A stretch of DNA of 64,000 nucleotides from Trichodelitschia bisporula (Eukaryota). The notes under the pieces were generated by a model, which was given only the letters and a program-made list of their open reading frames with translations, was not told the DNA's origin and made no database searches. The translations under genes and the position numbers were made by a program. Location of the stretch: the NCBI GenBank assembly GCA_010356995.1, contig ML996691.1, positions 874,174 to 938,173 on the forward strand, written 5' to 3'. Of this stretch, positions 1 through 12,111 are shown in pieces (the stretch's first letter is position 1; the number at the start of each line of letters is the position of its first letter).

Positions 1-1211
1 GCAGGAACTTGCGAATGGACAGGGTTGCTGAAACGTCGCTGAAGTTCAAAGGACGGGTGTCGAATGAACCTCCAGGGTACGTCTTGTAGATGAAGTCCAT
101 GTAGTTGCGAGTCACTTGTTCGGGAGTCGTGGTTAGGTAGTGGAAGTGCGTGTTAGGAATGTTCTTGGACCATTCGGCATAGATGTCAGGCATGTTCATC
201 CATGGAGTGAATGGGCGCGCGAAAGAGTTTAGCAATCCCTCCTTCGGCTGGTAGATTTTGGTGACGCGCAGGATGTCGTCAATATCGCTGATGATCGTGA
301 ACCCGGTAGGCGGAACGAGGTACGCCGTCGCGTTCCCGAGCTCCGAATTGTTCGCGTAGACGTTCAACCGCTGAATCAGCTGCGTAGTATTTCCGGCGAT
401 GAGTCCATTATTGCTCTGGATAGGGACAAACACATCGAAGTCGCCCTGCGGTGTGGTCGGATACGGCAAAATCAAGTCCTGTGCTCCGCCTGGAGCCGGC
501 ACGCCCCCTCCGCCGCCCTGCGCTCCGCTGGAACCGGCCGAGGGCGCAGGCTCAAGATGGACCTGGACAGTCTGATTGGCCTGTTGAACGACAAATATTT
601 CCGCAGTCAAGTTACGCGCCTGGTCCTGCTCCGAAGGCTGAAGCTCGTCAATGTCGACCCCGATGAGGAATACGTTTGCGAGTTTGTTCAGCTTTTCGCG
701 CGTAGTGTTCGGTTGTTTATAGACCTATGGCCACTTAGCATCATAAATGAGCCGACTTGGAGAGGCGTCAACGTACATTGCCGTGGAACCGCACATTCCA
801 GCCTTTGTCGGTCCAATTGGCATACGGCGGGAGGTTCAGGACCTGGGTTGGCAGAGCAGCCAGCTGCTGATCGTCAATTCCCAGAGAGCTGGCCACCTTG
901 TCCCCCGTAGGGAAGTCCTGGAAGAAATTGGGAATGCCTGTTTCTACGCGTTAGTCGAGTCTCTGCGACTGCTCTATCGAGGCCTACTGACCAGACGCGA
1001 CATACGAAGGGAAGGAACCGAGAACGGAGCCAACCTTCGACTCCAACTTGCTGAAGATGTCCCTTCGTTCGAGTGTCTTCGTCGGCTCGTATTGCACGCG
1101 GAAAGGGGTTATTTGGGGTTGTGGTGCGGCGACGGGATGCGGCAGGGGAGCTGGCGATGCGGCGACACCGTGTAACGCTCCCAAAAGGCCGAGTGACAAT
1201 AGCAATGCCAT
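1..1211 (-). CDS. Secreted App1-like (phosphatidate phosphatase APP1/DUF2183 family) protein; 3' end lies beyond the window; exons 1211-992, 937-777, 724-<1
   Basis: Signal peptide MALLLSLGLLGALHGVAA and a Kex2-like LERR site. Two GT-AG introns join ...YVASG|IPNFFQ...FHGN|VYKQPN. HAD-like motif TIISDIDDILRVTK and FHYLTTTPEQ are typical of App1-like proteins. Confidence 0.75.
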
Positions 1212-3227
1212 GATGCGTGCAAGGAATTTTCAACTGCGAACACCGCTTTTGGGCTGGTACAGTAAAGTACTAGGGATGCTAAGAACCGCGGAACTGGACG
1301 ACAAGCGAATGGCACAACCGGGCGCAGCGAGCCCAGCGTGAGGAAGTGCCGATTGCGGTTGTTTCGCCTTTGGTGTTTTTCCTGGAAACGGCTCGGACTT
1401 TGGGGCTGCGCGCTGTGGGTGGGGGGAGGGTGCGGCTTTTAAAGTTCCGCCTTCCCAAAAGGCTGAGATTTGGAGAAGTATGTGTTCCACGCGACTGTCC
1501 TCTCAGGTAGCCTTCAAGTAAGAGGGAATTGGCTGCAGAGTGCTCAATATACAATGTTTACCAGACGCCAGACGATCACGGATCAGGACAACAACCTGCA
1601 GCTTCCAAGGAATCTCACTCTGCATAGCTGCAGTTCCCACATCCCTTGCCACTCCTCAGCCACACGAGCCAACTCCACGTCTTGTAACCCTGAGACGCCG
1701 CAAAACTTGGCCCCCTCGGCCCCTTGGCCCCATCGATGACCTCATTAGCTAATAGTGGAGTCGTACTACGTACGGTACCAGCCGTGCCAGCCCACGCTAG
1801 CACAGCCAGCTTCCAAGCCCTACGGCTTGGTCGGTCCTCCAATTTGGCCCCGACATCACGTGAACCTGTGCGTAGAGACCGAAAATATGGCATCTACAGC
1901 TCTTCTCTCAGAACAACGAAAGAACTAGGACAATTAGCTGATCTCAGATGCCAGTAGTCAAGAATCATCACCTATTAATGGCCAAGGTAGATGTCTGTAG
2001 CATCGGTGCAATGCAACCCTGCAGAATCCAACATGTGAGCCTTGGATTGAATGTCACGATACCAAAGATGCGAAATCTGAGATGCGTCCATGTACGGAGT
2101 AGTGTCTCATCATTAAAGAGGGGAGAAGTCGAGTTCCGTCCACCTGAAGATGAATAAGATAGTCTCAAGACATGTGACGACGGCAGGCCTTCGTCGCCAA
2201 AAGGTATGGGGACCAACTGCAACCCTCTACCGTTACCTCCTCGCGACCGTAATGGCAACAGACATGGAGAGCAGATAAGATGTAGAGGCCTTCAGAGCAA
2301 GGTATACGGATGTAGGCATTCTGGTTCGCGATGGCACCCCCCGCTTAACGTGAAACCTGGCGAAGCGAATGCCCTCGTGATGTACCATCCGTAGGCTCCA
2401 CACTTTCTTCGCCTTTGCCAGAGGTCAAGTTGCTGAACATTACGATTCCGAACAGGAACCCGGTATCGCCACTAGTGACAGGAAGTTTTGTTTTGTGCTT
2501 CCCATCGATGAGGTACGGTATACCTTACGCATTTCGCTACATCTACGGAGTAGAATGGCGGTCTGACAAAGGACCCCGAGAGCCTCGACCATATGGAGGG
2601 TGTGACCACAGTGTGTCTACCAGCCTTTTGGGAAATGCTATTGCGTGGAAATTTGGAAGTCTGACAACCGCGAGCCGATGTTCGGCCTATCGGAGAGAAT
2701 AATCAAAGGTCATATCTGGTGGCAACTACTCTCCCCACCGTGCCAATTGTTTGAAATTGCGATGCTCTGCCTGATGCGGACAACGAGATGCTGGAGTAAG
2801 GTCAGCCAACGATTCCGAAAGGGGTATAATGTGGCGCATATCTTACACAATCATTGGATGTCCACCTCAAGGGTATTTGTGACTCTGATGCGGGCCTAAC
2901 TATCGACGAACGAACCCGCAGAGATCCGAACGACAGACATACCCCGCCTCTCATAGCTGCAGGACGACAACGCTCTGGAGCAGCTCCAGTATTCTCGCTG
3001 GTTCCCTGTGATTATAGGCACATGCAGATACAGTAACTCCGATCCAACGGGACAGTGCATAAGCAGATTGCTAATCACATCCGAGGGTCCCGCAGCCTGG
3101 TTCAGGATATGTCAACAGAGCTGGAGAGCTTTGGATAATATCTGGATGCCCCTCTCCCCGCGAAGAACCCAGCGACAATCAACCACATCGGCAACCATCA
3201 CACCAGATCTGCAGGACGGATCTCACC

Positions 3228-3875
3228 ATGTCCCTCCGCGACGCGTACACCATGGCGCACAGCGCGCGATGCAAGCTAGAGATGGCCGTTAGCCGCCCCG
3301 ACCGCAACTGGCGCTTCATCATTGGCCATGCGACCCACCTAGATGCGCTGATATTGCGCATCGCCGAAATTGAAGAGACCGCTGACAAACCCGACCATGC
3401 GAGCGCCGTCACGTTCAAAGGCGCTGGAAGCAAACAGTCCGCCTCCAAGACCCGGAGGCGCAGGAGTCCACCACCGCCTGCACTTACGTGTGGGGAGCCC
3501 CACGACGACAGAGAAGAAGACGCGTTCGAAGACGAGGAAGACTTTCCAACACTCACGAGAACGGTCTCAAGGTCCCGGCAAGATGTGCCCGAGCTGGTAC
3601 CCTCAGACGATAGCTCTTCATCGGATGAAGACGAAGAGCTCGATGGTGATGCCGCACCAACAGCAGAGATTCCCGACGCTGCAGATTTACGGACTATCAC
3701 GCAGAGAGAAGGGGATCCAGAGTTGGAGGACATGTACAACAAGATACGTAACTGTCCATGCCAGTCAGATGAGATGCCAGCAATAGACAACATCTGGCCC
3801 TTGTCCAGGGAGGACAAAGAAGACGGTGGGGTCCACAGGACGGCGGTAGTCTCAGTTCGGGCTGAAGAGTTATGA
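3228..3875 (+). CDS. ECM13-like conserved fungal protein (215 aa, acidic low-complexity tail)
   Basis: N-terminal AHSARCKL..A.SRPDRNWRFIIGHA..LD resembles the Ecm13-type motif (AH.AR.KL..A..PD..LR..VGHA..LD). Intronless ORF. Confidence 0.6.
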   Translation: MSLRDAYTMAHSARCKLEMAVSRPDRNWRFIIGHATHLDALILRIAEIEETADKPDHASAVTFKGAGSKQSASKTRRRRSPPPPALTCGEPHDDREEDAFEDEEDFPTLTRTVSRSRQDVPELVPSDDSSSSDEDEELDGDAAPTAEIPDAADLRTITQREGDPELEDMYNKIRNCPCQSDEMPAIDNIWPLSREDKEDGGVHRTAVVSVRAEEL

Positions 3876-4359
3876 CCGCGGGCGGAGTGGGATTCCGAGA
3901 GAGTGAGACCCAACATAACGGCACATGAAGTTTGGATCGAATGTGTGGTACATTGGGATGTGTAGCATCTTCCGTCACTTCAAAACTTATGGCTCAGGCC
4001 GGAACCTCCACCATCGTCAGACATAACTATTGAAAAGTGATATTGAGGCATATTTACCATTCTACTCACTATCACTCGCCATCATGATATCGAGTGCTTC
4101 TGGAGCAGCTCTGTTATCCGCAAGTAATAGCGCTATCCCACCCGGCTATGGCGCATGCGCTTGTTGGTGCTGACTATCCGGGTCACACGGTCCGTCGGAG
4201 GTGTGGAACTCGCCACCGCGACGTTATCCGATTGAATAGTCATCGGATTAACCGGGTTTCCGGAATCGGCGATCTCATCAAACCGATGATGGCAGGGTCC
4301 CAAGCAGGGCTCAATATCCGGGTCCAGATCGACGAAACTCCGCAGGTTCGTTCCGGATT

Positions 4360-5212
4360 TCAGTCATTTCGGAGAGACCGTTGCCGGAGGCCTTCTGTGA
4401 TTTCGTTCGTATGCCACTTCTCAACTGGAAGATCCAACTTGCGTACGCCCTTTCGAGGCTCGATGATCCAGCTTTCCGCAATCTCCTTGACCTCCGACTT
4501 CTTTTTCTCCGTCACCTTAGCCTCGGTCAGGCGCTGTAGATATCCCGCGTAAATGGTAACCTCGGCGATTACCACAACGATGCTCCCAGAGAAGCTCAAG
4601 GCGAGTCGCCTTGGCGTAGACCAATACCGCGCCACCATCCACAACGCAACCGCGCAGGCTACAACTGACACCAAGACATTTATGATCATTGTGAGCTGCC
4701 GGTTGATGTCCGCATATGTGATTTCGTCGTCTTCATCGTTGGAATGGGATGAGATTGGGTCGCTGGCCATGGGAAACCGCTGCCTAAAAGTCTCGGAGAC
4801 GGGCGGGTGGATCATTCGTTCGTACTGGCGAGCTTCTTCTTCTGCACGTAAGCGCGCCATCAAGGCTTTGTATTCTGAGCTCTACAAGTTGTCAGTAGGG
4901 GCCGAATCTATAAAATGCCAGGATACATACGGGTTCCGGCTTCGGTGGAGGCGGAGGCTGATAGATGGAGCAGCCTCGCAAAAGCTCGCTGAGATGCACT
5001 GGAACATGCTGGTCGCCTTCCGTCTTTGCAGCGACCTTCTCCGGATGCGCTTTGAGAAATCTCGAGACGTCCACAAGTTGGCTGTGCGATATTGGCTTTC
5101 CGGGTGCTGGCTCTACAAGCGCAGGTTCCTCTGGCTGCTCATCCTGCTGTCCGCTTTCCAGATATATCTCCACAGCCGCCGCGACTACCTTCGTCATCGA
5201 AAGAAGGACCAT
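4360..5212 (-). CDS. VMA12: ER V-ATPase assembly factor Vma12/Vph2 (TMEM199 family); intron 4930-4882
   Basis: MVLLSMT..., ISHSQL, LSELLRGCSIYQPPPPPKPEP|SSEYKALMARLRAEEEARQYERM, followed by two TM helices ending in AEVTIY. Canonical intron GTATGT...CTGAC...TAG. Confidence 0.88.
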
Positions 5213-5643
5213 CGTGCCCGCCGCCCCGTTTGGTATGAAGCTGGTGGACGAGGCGAAATCCGATGTAGGGACAGTACTGTAGCAGATGGTGTTCGGTGTT
5301 CCTGCCGAGAATAATGTGCATGGAACGCGACGACACGACGGGAGACGAGCAGCAAAAGGCAAGGCACATGGGGGTTGCCTTGCAGTTGTCTGTCGTACCT
5401 GAGGCAGGTATGGGGCCCTAGCGCCCAATGATTTGGGCGTTCCCTTCTCACCTTCTTTTTTACCCTGAATCCGCAGGCTGTCCAAGTGGGCGCAATTATG
5501 GATTCAACTTCGTTTCTCTTCGCAACACAAGAATCACCTTGATCCGGAGCCGTACTGTGACTGGGGCACACTCGCTCTATCTTTCCTAGCTGCACAATTC
5601 AGCTCGCCACCTCCTACGCGACCGTCAATTCCTCTTCGCGATC

Positions 5644-7035
5644 ATGAAGCCCCGGCCAATGCGCCCCAGGTCACTCGTTTTCAATGGCTTGCTGACGTCG
5701 TCTCAATTACTGCGTTTCGTGTGTCCGCAATGTCGCCAGTCGCCAGCGCGGTCCACACCATTCGCCTTGCCCAGAAGAAACCAGTCAAGCCTTGCGGCAG
5801 CCGTATCCGCGGCGAAGCAGCTCTTTCGGAACGATGCGTCTGGTCCCGCCTCGCCGATCGCAATTGACCCGCTCCGGGCCGTCGCAAAAGAACTGAAGTT
5901 TCTTACCAAGAACATCCGCCAGCTTCTCGGTTCCGGACACCCTACGCTGGACCGCGTGGCGAAATACTACACGCAGTCGGAGGGGAAATATGTGCGGCCC
6001 ACCCTTGTGCTGCTCATGTCGCGTGCGGCAGCCCTAGCGCCCAAGGAGCCCCGCCAGGCCTTGCCCATCGGTCAACATGGCATTGACGCTCCCATTTCAC
6101 CCCCCACACTCCTCTCTGATACCAACCCTTCCGCACCGGACCTCACACCGTTGACCGCGCCTGACGACTCTCTTTACGCCCATGATTCGGGCATTCTTCC
6201 TTCACAGCGGAGGCTCGCGGAGATTACTGAGCTGATCCACACCGCCTCTCTCTTGCATGACGATGTCATCGACCACTCACTCTCTCGTCGCTCTGCACCT
6301 TCGGCCAATATCGCTTTTGGGAACAAGATGGCAGTCCTGGCTGGCGACTTTCTGCTGGGACGGGCCTCCGTGGCCCTGGCGCGTCTACGGGATCCGGAGG
6401 TGACTGAACTTTTGGCAACAGTCATCGCAAACCTCGTCGAGGGCGAATTCATGCAGCTCAAGAACACAGCAAATGACGAGACGAAACCTGTCTGGACGGA
6501 GGACACTCTCTCATATTACCTGCAGAAGACGTACCTGAAGTCAGCGAGTTTGATAAGCAAGTCGTGTCGTGCTGCGGCCATTCTGGGACAGGGGTCTTCC
6601 GAAGTGGTGGATGCAGCCTATGCGTACGGGAAAAATCTGGGCCTGGCGTTCCAGTTGGTTGACGACATGCTCGACTATACCATCAGCGCGGAGGAGCTGG
6701 GTAAACCAGCTGGCGCTGACCTAGAGCTTGGTCTTGCAACAGCACCTCTGCTCTTTGCGTGGAAGAGCCATCCGGAACTCGGCGTTCTGGTTGGGCGGAA
6801 GTTTTCCAAAGAAGGAGATGTGCAGAAGGTTACTTTCCCTGGTGCTGAGACTACATTATGCTAATAAAGTTAGGCTCGCGCGATCGTTGCTAGCAGCGAT
6901 GGTTTGGAGCAGACCCGAGCTCTTGCTCAGGCGTACGTTGACCAAGCCATAGAGGCACTCCACATCTTCCCGGAAAGTGAGGCCAAAAGCGGGTTGATAG
7001 AGATGTGTACCAAGGTGATGAAGCGGAGACATTAG
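5644..7035 (+). CDS. COQ1: Mitochondrial hexaprenyl/decaprenyl diphosphate synthase; intron 6829-6873
   Basis: GKYVRP, ELIHTASLLHDDVID (first Asp-rich motif), GLAFQLVDDMLD (second Asp-rich motif), GKPAGADL. Arg-rich presequence. Last exon ends KRRH*. Confidence 0.95.
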
Positions 7036-7590
7036 GATGGTCTGATGACGGCTCTATGAAGACTTGTGCGAATCTCAGTTATGTTCAAGGGGTCTTTCTC
7101 TCTTCTTCAATGGCACACCCGCGGCTGAGACTGGGTTGTCCGGCCTCAACTCTTTATGAGTTTCATCTCAGTATATGGAATACGTTCATGTACGAATAGA
7201 AGTGAAAACTCAGGATTAGATTGGTGGGTGCCAGGAAAGGCGGGCGCCCCGCTTGAATTCACTCGTCTCCCACGGATGGCTTGCAAATAGCACCTTAAGG
7301 GCCATAACCAGCAAGACGTGTTTCGACAGCATCATTTCTGCCTGATCAGCCGATGTACCTGTTCTCCTGGGGCAGCGGAAATGGGCAAGGCTGTATCCCG
7401 TGCCATATTTGTGACCCATAGCCGGGTAAATGTTGTTCCACGCCCTCGGGCTCCTTACCGTTCAACGTCACCTCCTCCCGGCCTCCATGCTGGGCTACCT
7501 GCAAACAACACCTGCCAGCTCTACATCACCATATCAACTTTTGCCCTTAGCCGAAACTGCGCTGCAGTACCTGGCCCGCTTCCCGTCAAG

Positions 7591-8860
7591 ATGGCAGCCG
7601 ACAAATCGGCCGGCCAGGCCATCGCCAAGTACAAGACAGAGATTCAACAGGTGTGTATCCTATCACATGGCTAAACAAGAACATCTACTTTTTTCTGGTG
7701 TTTTCGCCGCCTTCGTGATAATGCGGTCTATGCCTTGTGGGCTTGCCGTTTGCCCCTAATCATCATGCCCCCAGGGCCCCTCGTGGAGGCAAACGTACTG
7801 GACGTTGGCTGACTTGTTCACTTCCAGATGATGTTCGTGTCTGGAGAGGGGGGCGAGCCATCAACTGAGACGACGACTCTGGTGGAACAGATCGTGCAAC
7901 AACAAGTCCAAGAGATGGTACGCTCTAGGCGCTCTCTCGAGCATATATCAATGCTCACTTCTTTTGCAGTTGCGAGAATGCAATACGCTTGCCACCCGCC
8001 GGGGCAGCAGAAGTATTTCCACCGACGATCTTATGTTTCTCATCCGTCACGACAAGGCAAAGCTTTCTCGTCTCCGTCACTTCTTGCAGTGGAAAGACGT
8101 ACGCAAAAACGTCAAAGAAACCGACGATCGTGGAGGAGACGCTGCTGGCGACCTTGCCGGCGGAGACGAGGTCCTTGGCTCTGCAGTCGTAGGCCAAGGA
8201 GGGCCGGCAGTCGACCTGAAGAAAAACAAAAAGACCCGCGTCGACTTGGTCTGGGATGTGCAGTCTTTCTTCTCCGAGCAAGTGCCTCCACGGGATGATG
8301 AGGAAGATGAAGAGGAGGAAGAGATGGCGCAGGCCACTTTGCAACGCCTCAAGAACGCCGATGAGCGTACCAAGAAAATGAACCGCGAGGATTACATGCA
8401 CTGGTCCGAATGCCGACAGGCTTCATTCACCTTCCGCAAGGGCAAGCGCTTCCGCGAGTGGGCTGGATTCGGAGTCATCACCGACAACAAGCCTAACGAC
8501 GACATCATTGATATTCTCGGGTTCTTGACCTATGAGATTGTCCAAACGCTTACCGAGGAGGCATTGAGAGTCAAAGATGCAGAGAAACTCTATCGGGCTG
8601 CCAATCGCGCTGAAACGACTGACGGTAACACCCGCAAGCGGAGGCATGAGGCCGAACCAGGCTTGTTCTCAGGACCGGAGGAGAAAAAGGAACCAGTCCA
8701 GCCCCGACACATTCATGAGGCGTTTCGGCGGATGCAGCGCCCGAATACCAAAAGTCGTGCGATGCAAGTATTCACGCGACAAGTCCATCGGCGGCCCTTG
8801 AAGCTGGTGAGTCTATCGTGACTAATGGCGATACTTCTCTAACATGTGCTATAGATCTGA
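7591..8860 (+). CDS. SPT3: SAGA complex subunit Spt3; exons 7591-7650, 7828-7917, 7970-8806, 8855-8860
   Basis: [15 protein letters not shown]..., [51 protein letters not shown]. Confidence 0.96.
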
Positions 8861-9844
8861 TAATTTCCATCTTGCTTGGTGAGGGCGTTCTGGTTTTTGG
8901 GGGCACAAGTGCTACCATGTCGGCGTTGTCACATGTTGAAGGGCTTGCTTTCGGGGAGGGCTTGCGTTCGGGAATGGTTTGCTTTCGGGGAGTTTGGAAG
9001 ATATCCCGTTGAATTGTTTGCTGCAGAAGCGGAATGTCCCGCTCGACGCGTCAGAAAAGCTTCTGACTCCCAACCACTTACCATTAGCATCCGCACTACT
9101 GATGACGACCAGCGCAATAGGGACCCTAGTCATACCTATGACTTCCTTTGGTTTAGACGGACCTATACATGATTCGTAATGTCTCGCACTTGAGGATCCC
9201 CCATGACGTAGGACATGGTCGTTGAGAAAGCTAAGCTAAGGGACGGAAGCCGGCTTCCACGACCCTGAGAGTGTGACGTTTGGCGATGCAGAGCATTTGA
9301 AACCAAGTTTAGTTGGTCCTCACTCCCCGCCTTCGTAAGCAGCGCAGGCGTCTTGCCTTCCCCCTCACCGAACCTACCCGCCGCTAACCCCCCAGATCGG
9401 ACGAAACTACGTCACGTCCCCTGAACCACCACCCCCCGTACAAGCATAATCGGTCCGGGCTAATAAGATAGACCCGAATTTCTCATTGGTGACGCGGCTA
9501 ACCATCCATTTCTAGCACGGTGAGCAACTTATATGCGTGGATTTGGCCCTGGGTGTTGGGGGCCTTTCGTACTTTGTCTCTCATCGTTCACTTCCTCCAC
9601 CTTGATTGACACAACCACACGCGATACCTTTCTCCTCACTGACCCTCACCTATTCCTTGCTCAAACCTCAAAAAAAACCTTCGTTCAAAAGCTCTCTTCC
9701 TGACGCCGGAGTAACCCATAAGGCGAGCTTCTTGGTCATCTAGAGCTTTACTTCTTTGGCTTTTTAAATTAGTTACGTGCTACCTCCTGATGAAATAAGT
9801 GGAAATGAGCTCGGAAGTACTAACTCACAACTTCTCTTATAGAC

Positions 9845-11175
9845 ATGCCCTGGGGAAATGACGGAAATGAGTATGTGAAGGGGATGCGGGACCTACCGTA
9901 CTTGAAGCGTGGACGGAATATTCATATCTAAGGGCCGCCCTGCTTAGGTGTTCTTGTGAACAGGAACGGCCACGATCTGTTCTGGTTGTCTTTGGTTCTC
10001 ACCCATCGTTGTTTCTCTTTCTGCTCAGCGATCAAGACTATCTGTTCTTCGGAGGCCACGACTACAGGCTCGACGCTGCCGTCCAACCTTACCAAACCGC
10101 ACCGCAATCCCTGACATCCGCCTTCCACCCCTTCACTTGTCCGCGCAAGAACAGCCCTTTATCGCCTCCGCAAGTCCGTTACCAGTCGCACGGCGTCGTC
10201 AGTTCAGCAGTCATGGTGTTCCCTAAGGTTACCGCCGACGAGATGGAGGTTGTGAAGGACATCTACATGACGTTCGGCAAGAAGAATAGCCTGAGAAAGG
10301 AACAAATCCTCAAGAAGTCTCGGTATCCTGAGGAACATGTGTTTCGGGTTCTCGACAAGATTGGGGCTACGACGACCGCTGCTGGTCGTTACTCCCTCGT
10401 TCACGAGATCGAGAACATCGAAATGGAGAACGCCCCGTCTAACATCGAGGACCTACCGATCGAGAAGGCGCCCCCGACGCTCGAGCCCAAGGCGATCTTA
10501 GATCCTGTCACTGTCGGTTACGTGAACGTGTGGCACGGCACTCCAACCGGCATGAAGACTGCGAGCCGCGAGGTTCTCGAGTACTTGAGCGAGTCCTTGG
10601 AAAAGATGATCGATAACAGCACAAGCCCTCCGACTCTCATCTTCCCGGAGGACAAGGCGCGGCCTAAAGTGCTCGAGCATACTGTGAACTGGCTTTCGAC
10701 GCTTCGCCTCCCCTTCCCGTCTCGCTTCAAGGGGAGACCCCAAATTCCCGACATGGATACTGGGGACGCCCTTGATCAGATCGATCTTGTACTCTTCCTC
10801 AGGACACTTAAGTTGAGGGAACCTCTGCACGATCAGTTCGAGGCACGCGAAGGCATCCATAGGATCCTGATAAAAAACCCCTTCAAGTACGAAGCCATCA
10901 GCATCATCTACGATGAATTTATGGAGGACGACGCGCGGGTAGTTGATTATGCTATCCGCGCCCTTGTTGAGTACATCTACAAGCTCGCCGGTGACGACCG
11001 AAATCACGAGGAGTGGCGTAAGGCACTGAAGTTCTTCCGCCCTCAAAAGGGGTTGAGGTGGCACATCGATGACCACTACTGTACGTGGATCAAGCACGGC
11101 AAGACCTGGCCCCCGAACTATCGCTCGCCCAAAAACAAGAGGAACGGCACCAACAACAATAACGTAGCGAGGTGA
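9845..11175 (+). CDS. Hypothetical protein with a possible degenerate BTB/POZ-like region; proposed exon 9845-9870 plus 9948-11175 (alternative start at the downstream Met, MVFPK)
   Basis: Long ORF with protein-like composition. A GTATGT...CTAAG...TAG intron puts ATG 9845 in frame. SREVLEYLSESL...LIFPED...VLEHTVNWL resembles fungal BTB-like segments. Confidence 0.6.
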
Positions 11176-11308
11176 TATCGCGTACGTGCTCAGCAGACAC
11201 GCACCGCTGAGTGTGCGGCTGGTGCAATGTGTACGTCCAAAGCCTTCACCGAGAGCTCATCGGCATTGTCAACAAGGCTCAGCGTCGCCCGTTGCCCATG
11301 AACGGCGG

Positions 11309-11457
11309 GTTCTCCTTATTGCTCCCGTTCCCCTTCTTGGTCCCGTTCTCATTCATCTCGTTCTCCTTCTTCATCACGTTCTCCAACTTCATTCCGTTCT
11401 GCTTCATACCCCTTTCCTTCTGGGTCCGATTCTCCTTTGTGCTCCCGTTCTCCTTCA
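11309..11457. repeat. Degenerate tandem repeat of about 9 units of 15-18 nt (GTTCTCCTT core)
   Basis: Repeated GTTCTCCTT-like core at 15- or 18-nt spacing. The minus strand reads KENGxx repeats. Confidence 0.8.
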
Positions 11458-12111
11458 CTGCTGACGCCCCATGATCCCGCATCCGAGTGGTTACTGAGAG
11501 GCTCAGACGACAGCTCGAGCATTTGGTCAAGAATAAATGGGTGGGTCTTTCGTGTTTCGGTGTTTGGCATTACGGCGGATGCGTACCAGGGTTTGTTGAT
11601 GCTGTATTTTAGACAGTTTATATTAGCCATCGGCGCCAATAATTTCAATGCCAGTCTTATCGCTTGCACATGCTCCTATCCTCGCCGCGTCTGTCTTGTC
11701 TGTGACCGTGATGCTGAGGCGGCGAGTCTGTCGGTCCGAGACTCCCGGTGCTTGCAATTGAGCCGTTTGCTTTGCGGTAGACATTCGGTCGGGGCGCGCA
11801 TCATCAACGTAGGCATCTGACTGCTCACCTTCATGATATCCATGCCCACATCACCAAAGGACACCCTATTAAGCCTACAAAGAGGTCCACGCCGAATCAA
11901 AGCCCAGGCCACACACCTCGTTCAGCAAGAATAGCATTGTTTTTATCAACACCACGCCCTCAACTCCATCCCGCGCCTCACGCCATCAGCCGAGCACCCA
12001 TACTACATCCCACCCCACGACCATCGAGGCAAACCCGCCCCTGCAACCTGAAATTGCTCTGCCCAGAGCGTTTTCACCCGTCTCTCAACCCCCAAACGCT
12101 CTCCTCACCAG

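Noticed and set aside
1212..3227. 2-kb divergent intergenic region as a possible transposon relic
   Set aside because: No terminal repeats, transposase or RT remnants, or RIP-like AT enrichment were visible.
9787..9810. CTGATGA...GAAA resembling a hammerhead ribozyme core or a snoRNA C box
   Set aside because: The intervening AATAAGTG cannot form stem II, stems I and III are not evident, and no suitably placed CTGA D box follows.
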